Of a DNA stretch of 64,000 nucleotides, positions 1-8,900 are shown one piece after another. Below the pieces are notes generated by a model. It made no database searches. It had not been told where the DNA came from and saw only the letters and a list, made by a program, of their open reading frames with translations. Positions within the stretch are counted from its first letter, which is position 1, and every line of letters starts with the position of its first letter. This DNA comes from Oscillospiraceae bacterium (GTDB lineage Bacteria > Bacillota > Clostridia > Oscillospirales > JAAYXM01): contig JAFQME010000024.1 of assembly GCA_017421025.1 (NCBI GenBank), forward strand, positions 68,134 to 132,133, in the 5' to 3' direction. Both the position numbers and the translations under genes were made by a program.

Positions 1-183
1 CGTCGGTTGGAAATTGAGGAGTTTGCTCCGACTGAAACGATTGAAGATGACGGCAAACGCACACTGCGCACTGCAGGACAACATCGACCGAAATTCTTCG
101 TGGTTTCAGATGGAGGTCTTACAGAGGTCAATCACCACAATGTCATTCAAAACGGCAGGATTTTTATCTATACAAATGTTTAA
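1..183 (+). CDS. 3' end of an upstream gene (partial, hypothetical); probably an earlier cistron of the tubulin-like operon
   Basis: Frame 1 is open from nt 1 to TAA 181-183 (...KFFVVSDGGLTEVNHHNVIQNGRIFIYTNV*). The stop lies 20 nt before the next ATG. It is absent from the ORF track because it has no in-window start. Confidence 0.45.
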   Translation, partial: RRLEIEEFAPTETIEDDGKRTLRTAGQHRPKFFVVSDGGLTEVNHHNVIQNGRIFIYTNV

Positions 184-202
184 AATAATGGAGGAATGAG
201 TT

Positions 203-3200
203 ATGGCACAGACACTTTTACTCGGCCTTGGCGGCACCGGTAGCCGTGTGGTCAACAACGTAGTCAAGGAACTGCATAAAAACGGAAAGAGCATCAACAA
301 TGGTGAAATCTATTGTGCAGCGCTTGACACCAATGTCAACGATAACGATCTGCTTGAAAAGACCGGGACCGGAGTTCCAATTTATGCGACCAGTAAAGCG
401 CAGAAGATCCAGGACTACTTTCTGGACTACAAACACGCCGGTATTGAGGATTGGTGTCCGCAGTCTCCCGCTTTTTTGCAGGAGAGCATGATTGACGGCG
501 CAAGTGAGTTGCGTGTGAAATCCCGTATTGCGTGGATGGATTGTGTTGAGAGTGGCTTGGTACGAAACCTCGAACTTATGATTAATGAGGTGCTCAACAA
601 CAATGCGAACTCTAAACTTCGTATTATGATTGTGTCTTCCATTTCCGGTGGCACCGGTGCAGGCATGTTCATTCAGGTAGCACTTTGGTTGAGAAAGTTC
701 TTGAGTGAGAGCCAGATTACCATCCGTGGTATTTTCCTGCTTCCGGATGTGTTTGTTGAAACCATCAAGGATATTCGTGACAGTAAGACTACCACGGTGC
801 GCCATTATTGTAACGCATATGCTGCAATTCGAGAACTCAATACCATTTCCCGTTTGATGAAAGATAAGTCGATGAATTTTGAACACCATCTCAAACTGGA
901 CAAAGTTTTTGATAGTGATATCGATGCAGATTTTGGAAAGCCGGTCTTTGACTATGCATTCTTTATTGATGCAAAGGATGAAAAGGGGCGTCGTTTGGAA
1001 AGTATTTCCGAATATGAAAAAATGGTGGCACAGCTAGTTTACATGCAGCTTTATGCACCGATGAAGGATTCCATGTATTCGGAAGAAGATAACGCCTTCC
1101 TTGCTTTCTCGGAAAATGATAATCCGCTTTATGGTTCTTGCGGTACCGCAAAAGCTGTTTATCCGGTGGACAGCGTGAAAACTTATTGCGCAATTCGTGC
1201 GGCGCAGGATTCACTCACCAAGGGGTGGAAAAAGATTGACGGTGAGATTGAAACCCTCAAAATCGAGCGTGAGATGGCAGAAAAAGACGGCTTGTTCTTT
1301 GACAGTGAAATCGATGAACAGGCAGAGTTTGTTAAGATTTTTGAAGAGAAAACCAGCGTTAAGCCAGAAGAAGCGGGACGTGATCGTTTCTTCGTTCAAC
1401 TTGCACGCGATATTAAGAATGAGACTAAGCGTAAGAGTAAGGAAGACGGGAAAATTGCCATTACTTATACAGATAAGGTAGATGATTTCCTGAAAGAGCT
1501 GAGATCTACTAAGATTGATGCAGAGGTGTTGCGTAATGGCGGCACACAGGATCTCACCATGGATGTGGATACGTTTGTAGCGGCGGACCATACCGTAGAA
1601 GAACTTAAGGACATCATCAGAAACGATCAAAGCACCATGGAAGATATTGTGCTTGATTTTGACGGCAAGGTGGAAAAACTTGCAGATGCAGTGGTAAACT
1701 CTGTGTTCCCGCTCAGCATGGGCGATGTCAACCCGAAAAACCGTGCAACCCTTTACGGTTTCCTCACCAAGGAGTCGAAAGAATACGGACAGTACCATTT
1801 TGTCCATCCGGTGGCAGCAAGATACCTGCTCTATAAGCTGAGCAAGCGGATGGAGGAAGAACTGGGGAAAATCGTTCTTGCAGACAGCCGTGCTGTCGCA
1901 ATCGACCCGGAAGATACCCGCAGAGAGTCTTTTGACAACAAGGCAACCCGTGAGGTTGAAGAAACTCCGGAAGCATATCTTGACAGCAAAAAGTGGCATC
2001 AGGCAGAAGGCAAGTTCCTTGATATGTTTGAAAAGAAATATGCAGAGTACATCAATGTCAAGGTGGGCCTCATTGAGACCTATGAAAAAGAATGCTTGCA
2101 GGTGGCAGTGTATCGGAAATTGATTGAACGCATCAAAGAATATACCAGACGCATGGAACAGTTCTTTAAGAAACTTGGTGAGGTGGAAGAAAAGTTTAAT
2201 CAAACACTTGCGGGTAACATTGAGGAGACTTCTCGCTCTGTTGGAAAACAAATTTTTGTTTTGGGTAAACAAGAAGAGAAAGAAGCTATGTACAAGTCTT
2301 TGAACTTTGAGATGGATACAAGTGAGATTTCCAAGAGTGTTATTTCTTCCATCTACGGATGCCTTTGTGCGGAAAAACGCCCGAATAACGAGGAAAACAA
2401 AGCATACATCAATCTTTCGGTTATTACTTCCTTTATCAAAGAGACGGTTATGTCTTTCCGTCGCAAAATTGAACGCGATCCGGAAAACCGTGACACGATT
2501 GATCTGGATATTTACAGAGCATTGTGCTTGGAATCGGATATGAAGCATGAACGTGCACAGAAAGAACATGATGAGCGTTGGGGAGCTGAAAAGACTTCGG
2601 ATCTCAGCGATCTGGATCTTACCACCGGTCAAGTCAAGGCAGATACCTCTGCAGAACAGCGCCACAAAGCAGCATTCCATGATTGTTATACTGCAATTCA
2701 CGATATGGCAGCACCGTTTATGATCCATACCAAAGAAACCTCAGAGGATGATTTTGGAACAAAAACTGCACGAATTAAGACGTTTTGGGGATTTGCTCCT
2801 ACAGTTGCTTCTTCGTGCAGTGACCTTGCAACCATACTTGGAATTAATGCGGATTTGCAGGCGGATGACGGTTATCCGAAAAATGAATTGCAGTGTTACC
2901 GTGCGGTTTACGGTATGGAAGCAAAATATATCCCGAAGTTTAACGAAACTACAGGCGGGATGTACTACAAGTGTTACAAGCATGTCATTGATGAGATGGT
3001 GACAGCGGCAGCCGGGAACAAGGGAGATCGTGCATTGGTCTCCACCCCGCATTTGGACAAGTCTTGGCACACCATGCTCCCGTTTGTTACCGAGGAAATG
3101 CAGGAAAAGACTGATTTGGAATTCTATCACGATTTCTGGTTGGCACTTGCTTATGGCATGGTGGACTCCGATAAGGACAAGAACCTCTTCATTGAGCGTA

Positions 3201-3724
3201 CTGTGGAGAGCGGCTACGGTTCCTACACGAAGAAACAGGTCCCGATCGTGATGGGGAGAAGACATCTTACTACCACTGATGCGGCAAAGGTAATCGAACT
3301 GCTGAGAGAGGATAAGGTCTTTGCATCAAACGAACTGCCTGCCGCAAAGAAACTCTTTGCTGAGGAAATTGAGGATCTGGATAATTATGTCGGCACCAAG
3401 GTCATAAAAGGTCTTGTTAAAAAGAGCCATGATATGAATCCGGTTGACTTTATTCTCCGCTATGCAGAGAGCGTTGGAAATGACGAGAGAGTTACCGGTA
3501 GACTCATTGGGGCACTGGAACTTATCGCCAGAGAAATGGTGGATGCATACGGAGTCAATCGCAGTGAAGAGAGTGCCGAAAAAGCGGTCTTTGAAATCTG
3601 CAGAAAGATTTACGATTCCAGCAGCCGAACCAAGGGTAAAGAAGGCGTGTTCAAGAGCTGGAATGACAAATTCACCGAGTTGAAGATTGCAGGAACTGCA
3701 AAAAAAGAATCTGCTGAGAAATAA
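203..3724 (+). CDS. Large (1173 aa) tubulin/FtsZ-like GTPase domain protein with ~800-aa unrecognised C-terminal extension
   Basis: GGAGG lies ~8 nt upstream of the ATG. N-terminus has GLGGTGS (nt 224-244, T1-like) and SGGTGAG (nt 644-664), an exact match to the tubulin signature [SAG]-G-G-T-G-[SA]-G. Then come RHYCNAYAAIRELN and FDYAFFIDAKDE, resembling FtsZ H5/S6. Confidence 0.8.
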   Translation: MAQTLLLGLGGTGSRVVNNVVKELHKNGKSINNGEIYCAALDTNVNDNDLLEKTGTGVPIYATSKAQKIQDYFLDYKHAGIEDWCPQSPAFLQESMIDGASELRVKSRIAWMDCVESGLVRNLELMINEVLNNNANSKLRIMIVSSISGGTGAGMFIQVALWLRKFLSESQITIRGIFLLPDVFVETIKDIRDSKTTTVRHYCNAYAAIRELNTISRLMKDKSMNFEHHLKLDKVFDSDIDADFGKPVFDYAFFIDAKDEKGRRLESISEYEKMVAQLVYMQLYAPMKDSMYSEEDNAFLAFSENDNPLYGSCGTAKAVYPVDSVKTYCAIRAAQDSLTKGWKKIDGEIETLKIEREMAEKDGLFFDSEIDEQAEFVKIFEEKTSVKPEEAGRDRFFVQLARDIKNETKRKSKEDGKIAITYTDKVDDFLKELRSTKIDAEVLRNGGTQDLTMDVDTFVAADHTVEELKDIIRNDQSTMEDIVLDFDGKVEKLADAVVNSVFPLSMGDVNPKNRATLYGFLTKESKEYGQYHFVHPVAARYLLYKLSKRMEEELGKIVLADSRAVAIDPEDTRRESFDNKATREVEETPEAYLDSKKWHQAEGKFLDMFEKKYAEYINVKVGLIETYEKECLQVAVYRKLIERIKEYTRRMEQFFKKLGEVEEKFNQTLAGNIEETSRSVGKQIFVLGKQEEKEAMYKSLNFEMDTSEISKSVISSIYGCLCAEKRPNNEENKAYINLSVITSFIKETVMSFRRKIERDPENRDTIDLDIYRALCLESDMKHERAQKEHDERWGAEKTSDLSDLDLTTGQVKADTSAEQRHKAAFHDCYTAIHDMAAPFMIHTKETSEDDFGTKTARIKTFWGFAPTVASSCSDLATILGINADLQADDGYPKNELQCYRAVYGMEAKYIPKFNETTGGMYYKCYKHVIDEMVTAAAGNKGDRALVSTPHLDKSWHTMLPFVTEEMQEKTDLEFYHDFWLALAYGMVDSDKDKNLFIERTVESGYGSYTKKQVPIVMGRRHLTTTDAAKVIELLREDKVFASNELPAAKKLFAEEIEDLDNYVGTKVIKGLVKKSHDMNPVDFILRYAESVGNDERVTGRLIGALELIAREMVDAYGVNRSEESAEKAVFEICRKIYDSSSRTKGKEGVFKSWNDKFTELKIAGTAKKESAEK

Positions 3725-3736
3725 TTAATACGCATC

Positions 3737-3768
3737 GTCAGAAGGTGCTCAAAGGAGCACCTTCTGAC
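3737..3768 (+). promoter_or_regulatory. Intercistronic hairpin (perfect 14-bp stem, 4-nt loop) without U-tract
   Basis: GTCAGAAGGTGCTC-AAAG-GAGCACCTTCTGAC lies in the 69-nt gap between the first two full genes. No T-run follows. Confidence 0.55.
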
Positions 3769-3793
3769 TCACACTTTGATGGGGAGTGGCAGA

Positions 3794-5983
3794 ATGCATA
3801 CATTTTTTATCAACACATCAAAAAAGAGTCTGGATGGATACCGGGTACTGTTTGACGTTTACTATGAAAACCGTGATCTGGTGACTTTGGAATGCCCAAT
3901 TTCGGCGTGGTATGATCCGGAACAGGGTTATACCGCCTGCGTACGGGAAATGAGCGAGAAGATTGACGGCTATGTGGAACTCAACAATGCCTTTAACTTG
4001 ATTCTGTATATTGACTTGGTAGAAAATGAGGCGTATTCTGCGATTAAACGTGATGCATTTCACGATAAAGAGCGTGAGGCGTGTCAGCGCGCTATGCGCA
4101 TTCTTTTTACTCATGTGATCAGCGGGACCATGGTAGAGGAACTTGTAAATTCGGGCAGACGTCCGGAAAATGTGCTTCTGATGTTTGGCGAAGAGAAAAA
4201 ATTTGCCACATTTGGATTGAACGAAGCGGAAGCAAAAAAAGAAGATGTGATGAAGAATCTGTTCCAATTCATCGGACTTCCTGATGCTGAGCAGATGAAA
4301 GCCATTGGACAAGCAGTGGATAAAAGCGATGTGGAGGACAAAGCTGCGGCATTTGGTGCGCAGATTAAGACCTGCAAAGGAAAAGAACTGATTCCGGGAC
4401 TGTTTGATGGATACCAAGAGGCTTTGGAACTTTGGTTTGACGAACTGACACACAATAAAAAAGTGGAAGACGCAAATGGATTGCTGTTTGAACGAATCAA
4501 TAACATCAATCGAATGGAAACCGATCGTATCGGGGTGGAGACGGTTTCCTGCCCGTATGACTCATTTGCGTCAACTGTAAATAAGTGCGTAATGGCGCTG
4601 AGTGAGCTCAATCTTGCGCTTTACTTGCTTCGTTGTTTGGAAGCAAATAGCATTTATGAATATGATGGAGCAAGAGACAAGTCCCGAGTGATGGAGTTCC
4701 ATTCATATACAGTCGATGAAGTCGCCCCCTTACTAAAATTGAAAAAAACGTTGTTTTTGCAAACAGCTTCTGAAATAGAGGATATGGCAAAGTCGTATGC
4801 AGACTTGAAGTTGGCAGAGGCGGTCTCTCTGTTTGATCATACAAAATTTGGACTGGATGAGCATGGTGATCAGGATTTTGAATTTACTATGCGAGATGTT
4901 GAAGGGATTGAAGAGGATTCCTTGAATCAAAAAGGGAACACCAAGGAACTCACAATTGAGCAGAAAACGATGCAACTGCTTTTCAAAAAAGATGAGTTTT
5001 TGCCATTCCGAGAAGAAATTGACCCACAAATTGACGATTTTGCCTCGCTTGCTACAACACCCGAGCAATATATCAAGCGTGCTATGCAAGTGCGCAAAAA
5101 CCATATTAACTATTTGAAAAAACTCAAAACCCATGTTGCAACAGTGCTCTCAAATTACGCAGGGAAATCAAAAGAGAATAAGACTGCGTTGCTTCGCATG
5201 GGGGGGAAACGATATGCGGTTCCGGGAAAAAACGATCAGCGTGTGCTTGAGACTTTGGTCAGTATTTCCGATAAGGCATATGACTCTATGCTTCATCAGT
5301 ATCTGGAGTTTTGTGCATCTCGATCGGTTGCAGTGACCGATATCGAGGAACAATGCAATTGGTTTGTCTCAAGAATTGACCAAATTCGCAAAAGTTTGAA
5401 AAAAATCCGCATTGTGAGCATTGGGATAACTGCTGCGACTTGTCTGTTGTATCTCCCGTATCTCTTGATCCAGTATCGTTTGATTTTCCAAAATCCGCTT
5501 TCCCTGTGCATCGGCATTGGGTCGGTGGCGTTGCCGTTGGTTGTTTTGAACTCTGTATGCCTTGCAATGGCTCGTTCACAGCGCAGGAAATTTGCAAAGG
5601 CATGGGCAGAGTTTAAGAAACGTTCGGATGAAGTGCTGCAGGAGAATTCGCTTGCAGCTGATAAATACGACCAGTTGCTTGCTGCGGTTATTCCGGCGTT
5701 GCGTTGGGTTTACGAATACCGTTTGGATGTCCGTTATTGTGTTGAGTGTTGCGATGTTGCGGATGCAAAATTGGAACACCACAGACGTAAACTTCGTGAC
5801 CGTGCACGTGATATTCAAAACGTTTTATCTGATTTGGAATACATTGATGACGGGAAAAGACCCAAAGTACAGGATGGAAATACGGACAAAATTGATTTTA
5901 ATGCGCCGTTCTGTACCGGAAAGAAGAACCGGGAATTCTACACAGTGATAGATGCAGCATTCTTTCAAAGCGAAAGGGAATAA
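3794..5983 (+). CDS. Hypothetical 729-aa protein with a C-terminal two-helix TM hairpin
   Basis: The ORF is open from 3776. ATG 3794 has GGGGAG ~8 nt upstream (alternatives TTG 3776, ATG 3779). Hydrophobic segments IRIVSIGITAATCLLYLPYLLIQY and LSLCIGIGSVALPLVVLNSVCLAMA are encoded at ~5408-5569. I recognise no domain. Confidence 0.75.
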   Translation: MHTFFINTSKKSLDGYRVLFDVYYENRDLVTLECPISAWYDPEQGYTACVREMSEKIDGYVELNNAFNLILYIDLVENEAYSAIKRDAFHDKEREACQRAMRILFTHVISGTMVEELVNSGRRPENVLLMFGEEKKFATFGLNEAEAKKEDVMKNLFQFIGLPDAEQMKAIGQAVDKSDVEDKAAAFGAQIKTCKGKELIPGLFDGYQEALELWFDELTHNKKVEDANGLLFERINNINRMETDRIGVETVSCPYDSFASTVNKCVMALSELNLALYLLRCLEANSIYEYDGARDKSRVMEFHSYTVDEVAPLLKLKKTLFLQTASEIEDMAKSYADLKLAEAVSLFDHTKFGLDEHGDQDFEFTMRDVEGIEEDSLNQKGNTKELTIEQKTMQLLFKKDEFLPFREEIDPQIDDFASLATTPEQYIKRAMQVRKNHINYLKKLKTHVATVLSNYAGKSKENKTALLRMGGKRYAVPGKNDQRVLETLVSISDKAYDSMLHQYLEFCASRSVAVTDIEEQCNWFVSRIDQIRKSLKKIRIVSIGITAATCLLYLPYLLIQYRLIFQNPLSLCIGIGSVALPLVVLNSVCLAMARSQRRKFAKAWAEFKKRSDEVLQENSLAADKYDQLLAAVIPALRWVYEYRLDVRYCVECCDVADAKLEHHRRKLRDRARDIQNVLSDLEYIDDGKRPKVQDGNTDKIDFNAPFCTGKKNREFYTVIDAAFFQSERE

Positions 5984-5998
5984 AAGGAGGGAGCACAT

Positions 5999-8900
5999 AT
6001 GGGATTATTGATTTTTATCTTAAAACTGATATTGGTCCTTGTGATCACAGCGCTTCCTGCTGTTCCGTTTGTTCTGGAATACATTACTTTAAAACGAGAT
6101 CAAGAACAAAAAATCAGTTTTAAACGCCTGCGTGTTTTGCTTTACACGCTGGGGTATCTGATTGTTGCGACCATCCTTCTGTGTTTTATTGATGGGCTTA
6201 TTACCTGGTTACGTGACCTCCCCGTTTTGAAACAAGTTTTTGATTTGTTGGAAGCTTGTATTGAAGGGATTGCAAAAAAACTCTCACTGGTTACCCGCTA
6301 TGGTTACTACACCAAGGTGGTCGGTGTCATTGTGCTGAACTTCTTTATCGGCATGATTTACCGTTGGGTGAGCAAGGTCGTTCGAATTGGACTTAAGAAA
6401 AAGGATTTGACCAAGCCGAAAAAAGGAAAACACTTCACCCGTATACAGAGATTTGAACGGCGTGTGATCTGTTTTTTCCATAATGAGACATGGTTTTTTG
6501 TCGCTGAGATCCTAAAGTTTTTCAATTTGGCGCTTTCTGCGTTGTATTTGGGAGTGTTCTTGCTTTATCAGCTCCCGGGTGTGTTCGGTTTTAATTGGTT
6601 GCCGTTTGATTTTATCTATATGCTCTTTGAGTCCGGCTATCTGTTCCCGGCCGTGACTATGCTTGTGCTTTGGCAATCATATTTCTTCTTGGAAGGCATT
6701 CGCCGTGTCAGGGATGAATGCCCGGAACTTTTAGAAGAAGAGAAAGAAGAGCTTGCAACAAAAGAAGTGGATCTTGCTGCAATCGATGAAGCGGTTAAGA
6801 AGCAGTTTGCAGACTACTATGTTTGCGATTTGGATCTTTCGGATCAGGTGGCCGCAGAGATATTCTCGGCTGATCATCATCCGCTGACTCAATTTATCGG
6901 TCAGGCCGTTGAACGTGATGAGCGTAGTCCTCATCTTCCGAATGATACATACTTGACCGCAATGGATGGCCTTTTTTCGAGTGAGAAAAGTGCACTTATT
7001 AGCGGAAGCTTCTTTACTGAGTTTGCGAGATATTTCTTAAGATATCTCTCTATCATTCTCTCCCGTGGCGATAATGTGATTTTTGTTTGCAATACAGAAT
7101 CACAAATTGAATCTGTGTATGAATTCTTAAACGAGGCGCTTGCATCGATTACCAGCTTGTATTGCAAGGAATTTTCCAAAGATGCTGTGGATTTTGATGA
7201 TCCGATTTGGCGAATTGTGAAAGTCAGCGGAGAACATGATTCCATCAGTGAGGCAATGGTGGATGACAGCAATGTTCTTGTTACTTCGTTGGGATATCTT
7301 TGTTCGAATCGTTTTGAAACAGAACACAGTCGTTTTGTTCCGATGGTAGATTCTGTAGTGTTTGTAGATACGTTAACTACGATCAACTGCTATCATCGCC
7401 AAGTTGCAATTCTAAACAATCGTCTTAAGCATATCGCCCGTGAAAACTCCAATGTGGTGCGCAATGCAGAGAATAAAAGCAACTTCCAACGCTATTTGTC
7501 TCGCAAAATCCGTTATTTTTGCTTTGATGACAGCCGTACTCCGGGGTTGGATAAAGTACTCAAAAATATGCTTTCGGTGAATCTGGAGTCGTTGGACATC
7601 ATGTGTTACAGTCGCTCGACTTTGGTACGTTGTTACAACTACGAAGGAAGATTGGATGGCTCCGGCAGACAAGTCCTTCCGCAGTTCTTCCATTCTGAGG
7701 AAGAAGTCGGGGCACTGATCAATGTGGCAATTCTTTGTCTTGCAAAGGGTGCAAACAGCGTCAATATCTTTGCGGATGGTGCCATTCCGTTTGAAAACTA
7801 TGCGGAAACGATTGCGGCAAACCGTGGTCAGGTTTTGGTAAAGGCAGACGGGAATAATATCTGCATCAACCGTCATCGTTATGATGCAGATGGGTATTCG
7901 GTTGTCATTGCGATGGATTCAGGAGATAATCTGCCGGCAACGCTGCGTCGGTATATTTCCATGATGCCGGAAAAACCGACACTTGTGATAGTGTTCTCTC
8001 GTCCATACCTGTTACGTGATTTTTATCAAAGTAATTTAAAAGCGCTTTGGAGTGCAAGTCAGCTTGAGCGAATCCCTGTTGAAGAGGGAACCCGCAAAGA
8101 TCTTGCGCAACGTATTTTGGTCAAGGCAAATGCGGGAGGTATTACGACCGCAGAAGTTATGCAGCTTGCAAGCAACATCCCGCAACTGAATGGATTTGTT
8201 CAAGCCGGGGATTTGAATGCAATTTTGCGTATTGTATTGGAATGCTATGGTGTTCCGAAAGAAGAGAGAATCGATCTTTTCACCTATTTTGAATATGCTG
8301 CTTCTCATACGTTTGATGCAAATGGGAAATATGTATCCGAGGAGCGCATTTTCTTGCGTCGCAAGGGAAAACTCTTTGATTTAATCAATGGGCGTAATAT
8401 GGTGGTTCTCTCGATTGGAGATCAGGAACAGATGCTTCCTGTTCCGAAAAGCCGCTTGACACAAAATTTCATTGCAGGTCAAAACGTACTTTTCGACGGT
8501 AAGATTTACCACATTCTCAAAGTGGATACCGCATCGGGGAAACTTTACGGACGGCTTGCTGTAGGCGGTAAGAACGATGAGGTGTATGAATATCTCCAAA
8601 AGCGCGAATACCATGTAGAACTTTCCCATGGAGAAGGCGAGACAAACATTGAGAAAGTCTTCCAAACAAAGCATTTGGTACTCAACGAAAACGAAGGTTC
8701 TGTCGGACTTACCGATGCGTTTGTTTCGGTGTTCCGTGCGCCTGCCGAAGTTCTTACCTACGGCTATTTTGATGTCGACCCGCATACCATGACCCGAAGC
8801 TTCAAGGATGGACGCTATCACAGCATCTGTGATGCTAATAATGATTTGCTCTTTAAGCAGACCTACCGCCGTTACGGAACAATTTCCAACCCGAAGATTT

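Noticed and set aside
1211-2728. 505-aa minus-strand ORF (and 218-889, 223 aa) antisense to the tubulin-like gene
   Set aside because: It is fully embedded antisense in a strongly supported plus-strand gene, has no RBS, and has an odd composition (Cys/Phe/Ile-rich). It is a typical shadow ORF.
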